A stretch of 64,000 nucleotides of DNA from Methanotrichaceae archaeon (GTDB taxonomy: Archaea > Halobacteriota > Methanosarcinia > Methanotrichales > Methanotrichaceae): contig CAVVKN010000010.1 of the NCBI GenBank assembly GCA_963748825.1, positions 96,001 through 160,000 of the forward strand, written 5' to 3'. The translations under genes were made by a program, and so were the position numbers. The notes beneath the pieces are model-generated. The model worked only from the letters and a program-made list of their open reading frames with translations, was not told where the DNA came from and did no database searches. This document shows positions 39,993 through 50,351 of this stretch, one piece after another (positions within the stretch are counted from its first letter, which is position 1; each line of letters begins with the position of its first letter).

Positions 39993-41285
39993 TCATGCCG
40001 TAACGCTCCGCTTGTAATCAGAGATCCTGCGCCGGAACTCATCTACAGAGATATCCAGATCTTCCTGGTTTAGATGCCTGCGATCCTCCAGGAGTGCATT
40101 GAGCACTGCTTCCCTGATCACTAACCTCAGATCCGAGCCCGAGTAGCCCTCCGTCATCGCTGCGAGCTTGGCCGTATCTACGTCGGCATCAATGCGGGAC
40201 AGGACTTTGTCCAGGATCATGCGCCTCATATCCTGGTCCGGCAGGGGGAAGCTCAATACCTTGTCAAACCTCCTCCAGGCAGCATAATCCAGTAGCTGAG
40301 GGTGGTTGGTGGCCGCCAGGAGCAGAACGCCATGCTCCACCAGGCTGATCTCATCTATGGCTTTTAGGAGCGAGTTGACGGCCCTCTTCATGGCTCCGTG
40401 CTCATCCGAGGTCCTGGTCTTGGCCACGAAGTCAAACTCATCAATGAGCAGTATGCAGGGGGACAGCCTCTTGGCCAGCTCAAAGACCTTGTCTATGTTC
40501 TTAGAGGTCTCTCCCAAATACTGGCTGGTGATCATGGAGAGGCGGACCTCCACAATGGGAAGGGAAAACCAGCTGGAAAGAGCCCGGGCGGTAGAGGTCT
40601 TGCCGGTTCCCGGCGGGCCAACAAAAAGAAGCTTGCCTATCTCATAAAGGCCGATCTCTCGCAGATATTGCCGGTTTTTTAGAGCCTTGCCCATCTTTTC
40701 TATCTCAGACTTCTGATCCTCAGTTAAAATCAGGCCGGCTATGCTGTCCCTCACATCCTCAGGGGCCTTGATATAGGCCAGCTTGAGAAGATCTTCCGCT
40801 TCCTTAGAATCCTTGCAAAGCTCCTTTATTTTTGCGTCGATCCACTCCCGGTCGGCAGAGAGGGGCTTATTGGCTTTTCTGGCCTCAGCATAGCTCACAT
40901 CCAGAGAATCATAGTTCTCATAGAAGTAGGCCAATGTAGGATTTGATTTGATCCTGGCCAGGTCCTTTTGATTGGCGAACCACTTGGCCGCCACATCGAA
41001 TACGGTCAGCCGAAGCTGGGAGCCAAACTCCTCAAAAGCCACAAACGTAAGATCTTTTACGACCGCTTTGACATTCTCAATGCCATAAATCTTCTGTGCA
41101 TCGGCGCTGGTTACATAAATCGGCCTTTTGACGCTCTTGGTCTGCACATCGAAGTAATGCTTGCGAATATTGGGGGGCAGGTCGTCTTCAGTCAAATTTT
41201 CTTTGCGGTTATAAATATCTGCAGTCAGCAGCAGCTCTGCAACATCAATAGCACCAAACTTATCCAAGTCATTCTCTACGCCCAT
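39993..41285 (-). CDS. AAA+ ATPase
   Basis: Walker A GPPGTGKT, Walker B LLIDEFD, AATNHP...AAWRRFD. Confidence 0.9.
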   Translation of the reverse strand: MGVENDLDKFGAIDVAELLLTADIYNRKENLTEDDLPPNIRKHYFDVQTKSVKRPIYVTSADAQKIYGIENVKAVVKDLTFVAFEEFGSQLRLTVFDVAAKWFANQKDLARIKSNPTLAYFYENYDSLDVSYAEARKANKPLSADREWIDAKIKELCKDSKEAEDLLKLAYIKAPEDVRDSIAGLILTEDQKSEIEKMGKALKNRQYLREIGLYEIGKLLFVGPPGTGKTSTARALSSWFSLPIVEVRLSMITSQYLGETSKNIDKVFELAKRLSPCILLIDEFDFVAKTRTSDEHGAMKRAVNSLLKAIDEISLVEHGVLLLAATNHPQLLDYAAWRRFDKVLSFPLPDQDMRRMILDKVLSRIDADVDTAKLAAMTEGYSGSDLRLVIREAVLNALLEDRRHLNQEDLDISVDEFRRRISDYKRSVTA

Positions 41286-41350
41286 CTTTAAAGCTCCATG
41301 GAACTGAACTAAACTAGTGGCCTATAAAAAGAGATAAAGCTTTCCATTCG

Positions 41351-42415
41351 TCAAGTTTCCCGGTTATTGATGGCCGCCCGGTAGGCTGCCAGAAGAAAAC
41401 CGTAGAGGGTCGGGCCGATAATCACGCCGATGATCCCCACCACGAATATAGGGGCGGTGTAGGCGAGCAGTGTAACTATGGGATGAATCCTTGCACTCTT
41501 CATGGCAAGATGGGGGCGGATTACGTTCTCTGGTATCACCATGAGCACCACCGTTCCGAATACCATGATTATCAGGAAACGGATCATGTCCCCCATGAAC
41601 AGATAATAGAGCGCCATGGGAATGAATACGAAAGGCGGCCCGAGCATGGGGATGAGCGTAAAGATGCCCACAACGACCCCCATCAAATAGGGATAGGGCA
41701 CGCCCAGCATGGAAAAGCCGATAGCAGCTAAAACGCCGCTTAGCATAGATGTGGTGAAGTAGACAGTAAAAAGTGTGTTATAGATGCTGCTAAGCTCCTG
41801 CAGAAAATTCAGAACAATTCCTCGCTTCTGTCTGGGAATCAGGTCCACAGCCTTGGCCATGAACTCTTTGCCGTCTATGAGAATGTAGTACGTGAAGAAT
41901 ACCACTACTATCAACTGGGCAAAAAGCACCGGCAGATTGGAGGCAAATGAGGTTAGCTCTCGCTGCACAATGGGAAAGAGCCAGGTGGCAATGGTCACGG
42001 GTATGTCGCTTATCTCCTGTACATTTTTAAGTATAATTACATTTACGTAATCATAAATCCAGCCGGGAAGGGCGCTCATGGCCCATATGTCGATCTCCTT
42101 GGTTATGGCGGTAAACTGGATGCCTGATAGGGCTCCGGATTTTTCCAGATTGGATATCTCCACCAGGAGCACAGTGGTGATGCCGAGTAATATCGCCAGA
42201 ATAAAGATGAACACAATCAAAATGGAGAAAAAGGAGGAGATCTGCCTTTGCCGGATTAGACGAAAGAAGGCGGCATAAAGTGGCTTGAGAAGAAATACCA
42301 TGACTATGCTTAGCAAAATGGTGGTAAGGAAATCCTTGGTCAGGTACACGGTGGCGAGAAAGACCAGGAAGACCAGGCCTCCTGCTGCCATGTCAAAGCG
42401 ACGGCTGAAATCCAT
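41351..42415 (-). CDS. AI-2E family (PerM) transporter
   Basis: Multi-TM; YYILIDG, LIPMLGP, ENVIRP, IHP, GVIIGP. Confidence 0.87.
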   Translation of the reverse strand: MDFSRRFDMAAGGLVFLVFLATVYLTKDFLTTILLSIVMVFLLKPLYAAFFRLIRQRQISSFFSILIVFIFILAILLGITTVLLVEISNLEKSGALSGIQFTAITKEIDIWAMSALPGWIYDYVNVIILKNVQEISDIPVTIATWLFPIVQRELTSFASNLPVLFAQLIVVVFFTYYILIDGKEFMAKAVDLIPRQKRGIVLNFLQELSSIYNTLFTVYFTTSMLSGVLAAIGFSMLGVPYPYLMGVVVGIFTLIPMLGPPFVFIPMALYYLFMGDMIRFLIIMVFGTVVLMVIPENVIRPHLAMKSARIHPIVTLLAYTAPIFVVGIIGVIIGPTLYGFLLAAYRAAINNRET

Positions 42416-42466
42416 GAGAATAACTCTTTCCTCTTAACAGTAAAAACTTTTCTATTTGATTTTTAT

Positions 42467-43210
42467 TCATATCAGCTTGCCGTCGATTCCCACCACATAG
42501 CTTTTTTGCGGCACGTCCTTTCCCGATCGCTTGAGAGCCTCCGCTACCAGGACTCCAAGCTGGGAGCAGCAGGGAACTGTCATATGCAGTACGGTTATAT
42601 CCCGGATATCGTTTTGCTTGAGAATATCGGCCAGTTTGTCCACAAATGATTCGGTGTTATCCAGCTTGGGGCATCCCACAAGGGCCACGCGACCTTTTAT
42701 GAAATCCTGCTGGATGGCTGGATAGGCAAAAGCGGTGCAATCTCCTGCCACAAGCAGGCTGGCGCCCTGCAGGTATGGGGCCCAGGGGCGAACCAGGCTC
42801 ATCTGGATGGGCCAGCCGCACAGCTCATTCGCGCTCTCTTGCCCGGGCTTAATCTTTTCATGTGAGAAATCTGCCTTTGTCCCTTGATAATGCTTCAGGG
42901 TAATTGGCATGGTGCAGGGCGTGACGCCGGCCGCATCTGCACCTCTTTCATGATGCTTATGATCCGGCTTGTGAGCCAGACTCTTGTGCTCTTTGGCCGC
43001 CTCTTCATCAAACACCGGGGCATCGCGCTCCTCTATGGTCAGAGCGCCCTGCGGGCAGACGGCCAAACAGGCACCCAGGCCGTCGCAGAAGCTGTCGCTC
43101 ACCACCTGGGCTTTTCCATCTTTCAGCTCGATGGCCCCTTCGGCACAGGCGGTGATGCAATCGCCGCAGCCGTTGCAAAGCGACTGGTCAATCTTGATGA
43201 TCTTTCTCAT
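42467..43210 (-). CDS. 4Fe-4S ferredoxin-domain protein
   Basis: CNGCGDCITACAEG, CDGLGACLAVCP, WPIQ, GCPKLD, VPCC. Confidence 0.87.
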   Translation of the reverse strand: MRKIIKIDQSLCNGCGDCITACAEGAIELKDGKAQVVSDSFCDGLGACLAVCPQGALTIEERDAPVFDEEAAKEHKSLAHKPDHKHHERGADAAGVTPCTMPITLKHYQGTKADFSHEKIKPGQESANELCGWPIQMSLVRPWAPYLQGASLLVAGDCTAFAYPAIQQDFIKGRVALVGCPKLDNTESFVDKLADILKQNDIRDITVLHMTVPCCSQLGVLVAEALKRSGKDVPQKSYVVGIDGKLI

Positions 43211-43283
43211 TACTGCTTATTAGCGCATTCAAGCCATAAAAAACAATAGTATGATAAAAAAAAGATTAGGTGCAGGTACAAAA

Positions 43284-43757
43284 TTATGGTGCATCAAGCC
43301 ATGAACGGGCATATACCAGCCATCTGTCTCCGCCGCACCTTCCCTCCGCCAGAGATTTTAGATCGCAGGTTCTTCCATCAGGAAACGCGCACATTGTAAT
43401 ATCGCCATAGGGCGTATGAACGCTCCTAAGAATGCCTCCACTGCTCCGGCAGATCGTTGCGGCTGACTGCGTCCACAGGCCCTCTGTGTCGGATACGTAG
43501 CTTGGCAGGATATTTGGTCTCAGGCTCCGGCTGCAAGCCCCCTGGAAAAATGCCTGGGAGTCGCACCAGCTCTTATCCGGGAACGTGCACATTCCCTGAT
43601 CACCATTAATTCCGGGAGATGTGCTGTAAAGATAGCCCGACTTCACACAGTAGGAGCGTGCCTGATCGGCAGAATCCTGTGCCATAGCCGTCAGCGCGAC
43701 CAAGGACAGAAATGCCAGGATACAAAGGCCTGACAGAATATTCTTGAAAACTTCCAT
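43284..43757 (-). CDS. Secreted Cys-rich protein with two DUF333-like repeats
   Basis: Signal peptide; repeated A..C...GG.......G...MC.FPD...CD. Confidence 0.7.
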   Translation of the reverse strand: MEVFKNILSGLCILAFLSLVALTAMAQDSADQARSYCVKSGYLYSTSPGINGDQGMCTFPDKSWCDSQAFFQGACSRSLRPNILPSYVSDTEGLWTQSAATICRSSGGILRSVHTPYGDITMCAFPDGRTCDLKSLAEGRCGGDRWLVYARSWLDAP

Positions 43758-43772
43758 TTTTTATCCCTCCGG

Positions 43773-44663
43773 TTATGGCACCACCAGTCCAAAGATTGCC
43801 CATCTCCAGTCAACTCCCTTCATGCGGAGAGATTGGTTTTGGCTCTCCAGAGGAAGCACTATTTGCACGTTCTCGCCAAAATTGCTGTAATCAGTCCTTT
43901 CCAGCAGATCTGACTGTATGGTAAAGTTTTGCTCCTCTATATTGAGGATCGACGGTGTGAGGGTCAAGCTGGAATCAATTTCAATTCTTCTCAAGAGAGA
44001 GGTCTGTTTGGAGATCCAGGCTGTGACTGAGACATTGCTGTTGCGCCGAATCGAGGTATTGCCCAGGTCAAAGTTCTTGTTATCGAATTCGTCGGGCATA
44101 GGGAAGGGCGAAGAGAGGTATGATGCAAAGATCTGCGTGCCCAAAATGGTCTCCTTGATCTGGGAAATGGGCTCACCGGCAAGCTTGTAGCAGTCCTCAC
44201 CGTCAATGCTCTCAGTACCTGTGATCAACAGGTTGCTGTAGCTTAAGAGCGCCGCCTGGCCGGGAAGCTCGTTATAGTCCGCCAGGACGGCATCCGGATC
44301 AGTGATGTTAAATTGGGTCCAGTTCTCTCCCTCTTTCCACAGCTCAGTACCGTTTAAGAAGTATCCTTGCCAGGAAAGGACCTGCCCGGTTCCAATATCT
44401 GTAAGCTGATGGCTCCACCATCCGGACTGTGCCGTCAGGTTCACTTTTCCTTTCGTGGCCTTGATTGCAGCAAATTTATCTTGCAGCGACTCATTGCTGT
44501 AGATGATAGTGCTTTCTGCAGAGCGGGTGTAGGTGTAGGTGGTGAGATTGTCTGCAGATCTTGTCATCATCTGCTTGAGCTGATCCACGCTGATTTCCTC
44601 TGCAAAGACAACCGGGAGACATAGCAGGGAAATAAAAGCGATGATCGTCAGAATAATTTTCAT
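43773..44663 (-). CDS. Secreted LolA/LppX-like (DUF6612-type) protein
   Basis: Signal peptide from MKIILT; GTESIDGEDCYKL, WISKQTSLLRR, DYSNFGENVQIVLP. Confidence 0.65.
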   Translation of the reverse strand: MKIILTIIAFISLLCLPVVFAEEISVDQLKQMMTRSADNLTTYTYTRSAESTIIYSNESLQDKFAAIKATKGKVNLTAQSGWWSHQLTDIGTGQVLSWQGYFLNGTELWKEGENWTQFNITDPDAVLADYNELPGQAALLSYSNLLITGTESIDGEDCYKLAGEPISQIKETILGTQIFASYLSSPFPMPDEFDNKNFDLGNTSIRRNSNVSVTAWISKQTSLLRRIEIDSSLTLTPSILNIEEQNFTIQSDLLERTDYSNFGENVQIVLPLESQNQSLRMKGVDWRWAIFGLVVP

Positions 44664-44932
44664 GCAAAACCTCCAAGAGGTAGATGGGTCCAACTTAGCT
44701 ATAAATATTTGTATGTTATCAGGTTAGAACGGACGACACAAAAATTATTCATTTAAAAAAATTAAGAATCCTGCTGCTTCCAATGCCTATGGCCACCAGC
44801 TCAAAGCTCACATCAGGCTCGGGAACGCTCTGGATAACGTTGGTGCGGTAGGCATCCCACTTTGCTTCTTGTTGGCTATGAAGGCGATCAGATCTCTTTC
44901 TTCACCCAGCCTTCATCCCTGCCAGCCCACCC

Positions 44933-45808
44933 TCACTCGGGCTCTGTTTCCTTCAGTTCCTCCTTCATACGGCAACTGTGCATCTTTTCTTCTCCGTGCG
45001 CCTGCAAGGCCACCCTCTCCTCCACCTGGAAGGCAGATAGGCGCTCCATGAGCAGCTCGTAGTTCACCAGGTGCCCGTCAAACTCAGGTCCATCCACGCA
45101 GGCCAGCTTCGTCTCTCCTCCCACCTCCACTCTGCAACTGCCGCACATGCCCGTGCCGTCGATCATGATGGGGTTTAAGCTGACGATGGTCTTGATCTGG
45201 AGGGGCCGGGTGATATCGCTGACCAGTTTCATCATGGGCACGGGCCCGATGGCCACCACTAGTCCGGGCGTCTCTCTTTGCAGGGCCTCCACTAAAAGCT
45301 CTGTCACCAGTGCTTTGCGCCCCAATGAACCGTCATCCGTGCAGATCAAGAGCTCATCAGAGACGGCTGCCATCTCCTCCTGAAGGATGACCAGCTCCTT
45401 TGTGCGTGCCCCGATGATGCTCACCACCCGGTTTCCCAGGCTCTTCAGCTTCTTGGCAATGGGATAGAGGACAGCCAGGCCTGTTCCCCCGCCAACGCAG
45501 ATGGCTGTGCCCGCAAATCCCGCCTCTGTGGGCCGGCCCAGGGGTCCTGCCACATTCAGGTAATAGTCGCCCACCTGCAGGGTTTTGAATAGGGCCGTGG
45601 ACCGGCCCACCACATGGAAAATGATGGTTATGGTCCCTTTCTCAGCATTTATGTCGGCCATGGTCATGGGGACGCGCTCGCCCATCTCATTGGCCCTGAG
45701 AATCACGAACTGCCCTGGCTCTGCGATGCGGGCGATCTTGGGCGCCACAATCTCATTGAGAATGATCTCTCCGCCGGCCATCTCCTTGCGCCTGACTATC
45801 CTGTACAT
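44933..45808 (-). CDS. Sulfide/dihydroorotate dehydrogenase-like FAD/NAD-binding subunit (NfnA/SudB-like)
   Basis: PGQFVILR..GERVPMT, GPLGRP, VGGGTG, IMIDGTGMCGSCRV...ACVDGPEFDG. Confidence 0.9.
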   Translation of the reverse strand: MYRIVRRKEMAGGEIILNEIVAPKIARIAEPGQFVILRANEMGERVPMTMADINAEKGTITIIFHVVGRSTALFKTLQVGDYYLNVAGPLGRPTEAGFAGTAICVGGGTGLAVLYPIAKKLKSLGNRVVSIIGARTKELVILQEEMAAVSDELLICTDDGSLGRKALVTELLVEALQRETPGLVVAIGPVPMMKLVSDITRPLQIKTIVSLNPIMIDGTGMCGSCRVEVGGETKLACVDGPEFDGHLVNYELLMERLSAFQVEERVALQAHGEEKMHSCRMKEELKETEPE

Positions 45809-46217
45809 GCGAGCCTCAGCGAGCGGTATGCGGTTCAAATAAAAAAAACTATCGAGAAAAATTATCTTTGGCGAGATTCTTCCATGCATGATATTATTTA
45901 TTTAATTTTTCCTTCATGCTAGTGAATAAATGCGCATCTCGTGTACATCTTGAAGGGCGATAAGAAAATAATCTTTCTGGTAAGGTCGCTTTTGAGAAGC
46001 TAAATGATGAGTCTATTTGTATCTTACTATCTTCATCCTGTGATCAAGATCAACATCTTCCTGCGTAAGTTCGCTATCCTTGAGAAGATCATCGGAGAGC
46101 ATTAAAATAAATGGGTCATTTTCTTAGATATTTTTTATATGATTCTCCTCCCCCATCTGCCCGTTCAGCTTGTAGACCAGAGGATCTATGTGCCTTTCTG
46201 GTTGCATCGTTCTCTTA

Positions 46218-46484
46218 TCATCCCTCTTTCTCATCCTCCGCTGTGTGCGCGTTAGGCAAGAAATCTTGCTCTTTGTTGTTTCCTCTAATATTCTCCACAT
46301 CGTATCCGGTTTCTTTCGAAACCTCTGATTCCAGAACCCATATAATTTGCTCTGGCTCATACGTATCTCCTGTGGAATAACACCTTACCATCGGAGCGCC
46401 GATAAATTCTATCCTTAATTTGCACAGCGGGCAAATCGCTACTACAACTTCCCCCTTTTCATTCTTCTTTTTGGTATCAAACAA
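46218..46484 (-). CDS. Small hypothetical protein (CxxC)
   Basis: 88-aa ORF with CPLC and GAGGAG upstream; AT-rich accessory context. Confidence 0.4.
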   Translation of the reverse strand: MFDTKKKNEKGEVVVAICPLCKLRIEFIGAPMVRCYSTGDTYEPEQIIWVLESEVSKETGYDVENIRGNNKEQDFLPNAHTAEDEKEG

Positions 46485-46884
46485 GGATTTTCATCTCCTC
46501 AAAGCATTATTACTGCGGTCGAACATTATATAATCACATTCACAGCCATCTTCATCCCAATAAACATTCGGTCAGGCTACCTAGAGTTAGTATTGGCTCA
46601 TTCTATCAAAGCGTTTAATGTTCCGGATAAAAATAAGCCACTTTTGGACGTAAAGAGATCATTCTCAAAGGAAATTGCATCCAACAAAACTTGACCAGCG
46701 ATCTCGATAACTCTTCTTACTCCGTAGTCTTTCTCCAGTACTCGCGAATCTATCTTCTGATGCATCTTTGTCCAATCAATCCCTGCAAATGCACGTTGCC
46801 TTGCTCCACCAAGGAATAGAACCGGACTTGTTAGGCTCTATCAATCGATCACGCTCGACTGTATAAAAAATATCGAAAAAAATG

Positions 46885-47523
46885 TCACTGAGCCTTCAAG
46901 AACTCCTTTTGAGCGGCATCGGCTTCGGCACGAGTCTGATCGGCTTCTTTGAAGGTACCAATCATCTGATCATGGTATTCTTGGGCCATTTCCGCGAACT
47001 TGATTACCTGATCATGAAAACTTGATGCCTGATCTCTCAAGAATTGCGCTTCATCGAGAAGCTTCCTCAGCTCTTCGTTCTTCTCAAGCTTCTCTTCTCT
47101 TCCTTTAAACTCTGCATGCAGGGCAGCGATCTTATCCACCAGTTGCTTCTCTTTATCCGGGCTTAAAACCTCCGTCTGTTGCCGAAACTCCAGGTGGTCC
47201 ATCTCGGCGCGCAGATCTCTAATGGAGCGCTCACCTGTGAAGTCGTATTTCTTCCGGATATCGTCTATTCTTGCATAGAGCTGGTTGGTCTTCTCGTTGG
47301 ACTCATCCCGCTTCTTCTTGGACTGTGCCACATTCTTGTTACTCTCGTCCCGCAGCTTCTTGAACTCCTGGGCCTTGTCAATCAGCTCTTCAGTGGCCCT
47401 ATTGAGCTCATTTCGCTTGGCGGCCCATTTGCTCGCCTCAGCATTTAATTGACTGCGTCTATCCTTGACGGCAAGGGACTCTTGCCTGAGTTTGCCTCCC
47501 TTATCTTCCAGTTCTGCCAGCAT
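46885..47523 (-). pseudogene. Archaeal coiled-coil protein (COG1340-like), apparently 3'-truncated
   Basis: GGAGG RBS; LEFRQQTEVLSPDKEKQLV motif; stops abruptly at KEFLKAQ without the usual C-terminal GEKL-type tail. Confidence 0.6.
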
Positions 47524-47834
47524 ATATCCTCCAGTTCCAGCCCGCGACTGGGTTTGGTCCCACTCCAGAATCAAAAAACCCGGGAACACTTCGCTGGGTG
47601 GCGAAGCCCTTCCTTTTTGCACAATACATTGCGAGGTTTTTTGTATGCTCGTTTTTCGGCTCTTGTGATCAACATCGATCTTGATATATAATTACTAATA
47701 TCCTTTAATTCTAGGCTTAAATAGCTTGATTCGGTGGCAATTGTTATAGCCAAAAGATGATTTTCTCATAAGATCGATAGGAGCGAGCATACTACTACAT
47801 ATCCTTTTTACGTATTAACCTTTTTCCCGGCTTC

Positions 47835-47985
47835 TTACTATGGACTTGAACCGAGAGTAGCCATTCTTTCGAGCACCTTCGCGAACTCTTCTAAAGAAGT
47901 TATTAAAGGATTTCTGAAGCCTCCTCAAGACATCCTGTTCGACCTGAGAATGAACTGCATTGAGGTAAGGATTTAGCTGTTTCTA
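47835..47985 (-). mobile_element. IS200/IS605-family TnpB fragment
   Basis: Minus-strand KQLNPYLNAVHSQVEQDVLRRLQKSFNNFFRRVREGARKNGYSRFKS, typical of the TnpB N-terminal region. Confidence 0.75.
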
Positions 47986-48085
47986 CCCCGTACCCCAAAA
48001 AGATAAATAGAATACGAACCGGCCTCTGGAAAACAGGCTAATTCGCATTCGTTAGTCAAATCAAAATGGAATAAGAGGATAGACA

Positions 48086-48745
48086 ATGAAAAACGCTACA
48101 TTATTTCTGATCTGCATGACATTCCTGGCGACCATTGTCGCTCTAGCTTCTTTTGCATCAGCCCAATGTGCATCCTGCGTGAAAGAAGGCGACTGGAGCC
48201 AGAGTGCCAGCAACTTTATTGAGGGCACGCCCACAAGCGACGAGGCCGTCGAGTTCGGGCCAAAGGCAGTGAGGAAGACCGCCTCTCAATTCGATAAGAC
48301 CAAAGCTGAAGAAGAGACTGCACAGAGCAACACAAATCCTGCTGCAAGCTCTGCTACCAGCTCTGCGGCGCAGTCTCCGACAGCTGAATTGATTCTGAAA
48401 AGCATCAATGCCACGCCGGCTTTGGTAAACTCTACAAGCGCAGTAAAGATTACAGCCGTCTTTGCCTTGAACGGTTCTGAGCAGGCAGAAAATCCGACGG
48501 AAATACAGCTCACGGCCACGGCTTCCATCAAAGACTCGACAGGCATTGAGGTAGAAAAGCTCAGCCTGATCAAAAAATCTGGAAATGAGTACTCAAAAGA
48601 CTGGAACGCCAGTGTCCCGGCGGGCATCTACAGTGTGGATATTGCCGCCTCATCTCTGCAGGGAGCAGGAAACTTCAATGACGCCCTGCAAATTGAGGTA
48701 GTCAGCACCGGAAATGCTACCATCGACGCAGCTACTGCAGCGTAA
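48086..48745 (+). CDS. Secreted hypothetical protein
   Basis: GAGGA RBS, signal peptide, CxxC, S/A/T-rich linker, Ig-like C-terminal domain. Confidence 0.75.
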   Translation: MKNATLFLICMTFLATIVALASFASAQCASCVKEGDWSQSASNFIEGTPTSDEAVEFGPKAVRKTASQFDKTKAEEETAQSNTNPAASSATSSAAQSPTAELILKSINATPALVNSTSAVKITAVFALNGSEQAENPTEIQLTATASIKDSTGIEVEKLSLIKKSGNEYSKDWNASVPAGIYSVDIAASSLQGAGNFNDALQIEVVSTGNATIDAATAA

Positions 48746-48873
48746 TATCTGGGATGAGAATGGCTTTTGCCCAGAGCGTCTAAACAAGCATTGAAGAAGT
48801 CGATAGACAAGCTACAAGCTGGCGAAAAAGCCAGCTCTATTCTTTAATCCATAGAAATCGCGAAGGACGAATA

Positions 48874-48945
48874 TGGACTTGACGGGATTCGAACCCGTGG
48901 CCTCCGCCTTGCGAAGGCGGCGATCTACCACTGATCTACAAGCCC
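48874..48945 (-). tRNA. tRNA-Ala (anticodon CGC)
   Basis: GGGCTTGTAGATCAGTGGTAGATCGCCGCCTTCGCAAGGCGGAGGCCACGGGTTCGAATCCCGTCAAGTCCA; cloverleaf, G3:U70, no intron, CCA not encoded. Confidence 0.97.
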
Positions 48946-48963
48946 AATTGTAAAGAGAGTGGT

Positions 48964-49233
48964 TTAGAGGAGTCCGACCTCTTCCACCTCTGCCGATTCT
49001 ACGCCGGGTAACTTGCGAACTGCTTCCTCAATCTCATCCGGGCTTCTGCCTCCCTTATCGTCCATTATTGTTACAACGATTAAGGCCTTCAAACCAAAGG
49101 CTATAGGCATCTCCTGGATGGCATGCAGCCTGGCAAAGGATGGCACTACCTTCTTGATCTCCTCGGCGAGCTCTTTCAGATCCACATCCATGCTCACCGG
49201 CATAACCTTCATTCTTACAGCAGCATCTCCCAT
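48964..49233 (-). CDS. ef1b: Archaeal translation elongation factor 1-beta
   Basis: KVMP..., PIAFGLKAL, LPGVESAEV. Confidence 0.95.
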   Translation of the reverse strand: MGDAAVRMKVMPVSMDVDLKELAEEIKKVVPSFARLHAIQEMPIAFGLKALIVVTIMDDKGGRSPDEIEEAVRKLPGVESAEVEEVGLL

Positions 49234-49243
49234 CTATTACACC

Positions 49244-49414
49244 TCACGGTCCTGAGAAGCCACAGGCTTTGCAAGAATAAACGTTGCTCTGCTTTTTACA
49301 TTTGTTACATCTGGCAATCACGGTTCCGCAGCTGGGGCAGGGGAACCTCGTCCCGCCCACGCCGGTCAGCGTGATGCCACATGATATGCATTTCTCTGGT
49401 ATTTCTTCCTTCAT
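49244..49414 (-). CDS. Zinc-ribbon protein (HVO_2753/DUF1610 family), 56 aa, absent from the ORF track
   Basis: [13 protein letters not shown]...[31 protein letters not shown]; conserved position upstream of EF-1beta. Confidence 0.9.
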   Translation of the reverse strand: MKEEIPEKCISCGITLTGVGGTRFPCPSCGTVIARCNKCKKQSNVYSCKACGFSGP

Positions 49415-49496
49415 GTTATCTCCTCCCTGATTGATGTATTTCTCTGTATAAACCTTCCCATAGATAGACGGAATTCAGGACGAATTTTGTTTCTTG

Positions 49497-50129
49497 TTAG
49501 CCCTTGATAATCGTGCCGCCTTCTCCGCTCTTCAAGGCTTTGGTGAATTGCTGCGCATCAGTGCCATTGAGTACCCAGATGCTGCTTCCTTTAAGAGGGC
49601 CACAGAGAAGTTTAATTGTGCCCTGATCGATGCAGCTAACGCGACCCAGCATACGGTTTGCCGGCACCTCTAAAACTACTTTTCCATCCAGCATCACGCC
49701 ATCCACATCAGTAGCCTTGATGAGAGGGGCGGATAGCTGCGCCGCTACCAGGGCCGCCACCGAATCGGAAGTATAGTCCCAGTTATGCAGGAGACCGCGA
49801 TCGTCCTCAATGAGGGCCTGGTAAGGCAATAGAACCTGCACGCTGCAATCACTTTCAGAGCGGCGAATATCCCTGGTGAGAGCAGCCCCGCTTCCGTCCG
49901 CCAGAAAATAGGCATACTGCTCCATGGCTAAAATGGCCATCCAGTGCGCGGCCTCCTGGCTGAGATCGCCGCGAGAATAGATCTCTCGCACCAGATCGGC
50001 CATGGGACCGCCGCCCGGCACCACCAGGAAGCTGTAGCCCTCCTCCACGAGAGCCAGGAGAGCACGCATGAGCGGTCGAGCCCAAGTCATGAGGCTCCCT
50101 CCCATCTTCAGCACATAAAATGGCATCAA
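49497..50129 (-). CDS. Amino acid kinase family protein (MfnE-like, methanofuran pathway)
   Basis: KMGGSL, VPGGGPMADLVR, AHWMAILAMEQY, WDYTSDS, TDVDG. Confidence 0.8.
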   Translation of the reverse strand: MMPFYVLKMGGSLMTWARPLMRALLALVEEGYSFLVVPGGGPMADLVREIYSRGDLSQEAAHWMAILAMEQYAYFLADGSGAALTRDIRRSESDCSVQVLLPYQALIEDDRGLLHNWDYTSDSVAALVAAQLSAPLIKATDVDGVMLDGKVVLEVPANRMLGRVSCIDQGTIKLLCGPLKGSSIWVLNGTDAQQFTKALKSGEGGTIIKG

Positions 50130-50351
50130 TAATAGTAATCGCGCCTCCTATTAGAGCTTCGTCATTGGACCAAATATGAGGCAAGCAAGGGCAAAATATT
50201 TTTTGCAGATTCGTCTATGGCAAAAAGGATAGCTAAAGGCCGATTGGATGTAGGGTAGGGAGGGATCTGTGAATAATCGACCTTTGCCGTAAAAACATCC
50301 GTCTTCGGTCGTAGATAAGCCTTTTGCTTGTGACGATGGAAATTTAGCACA

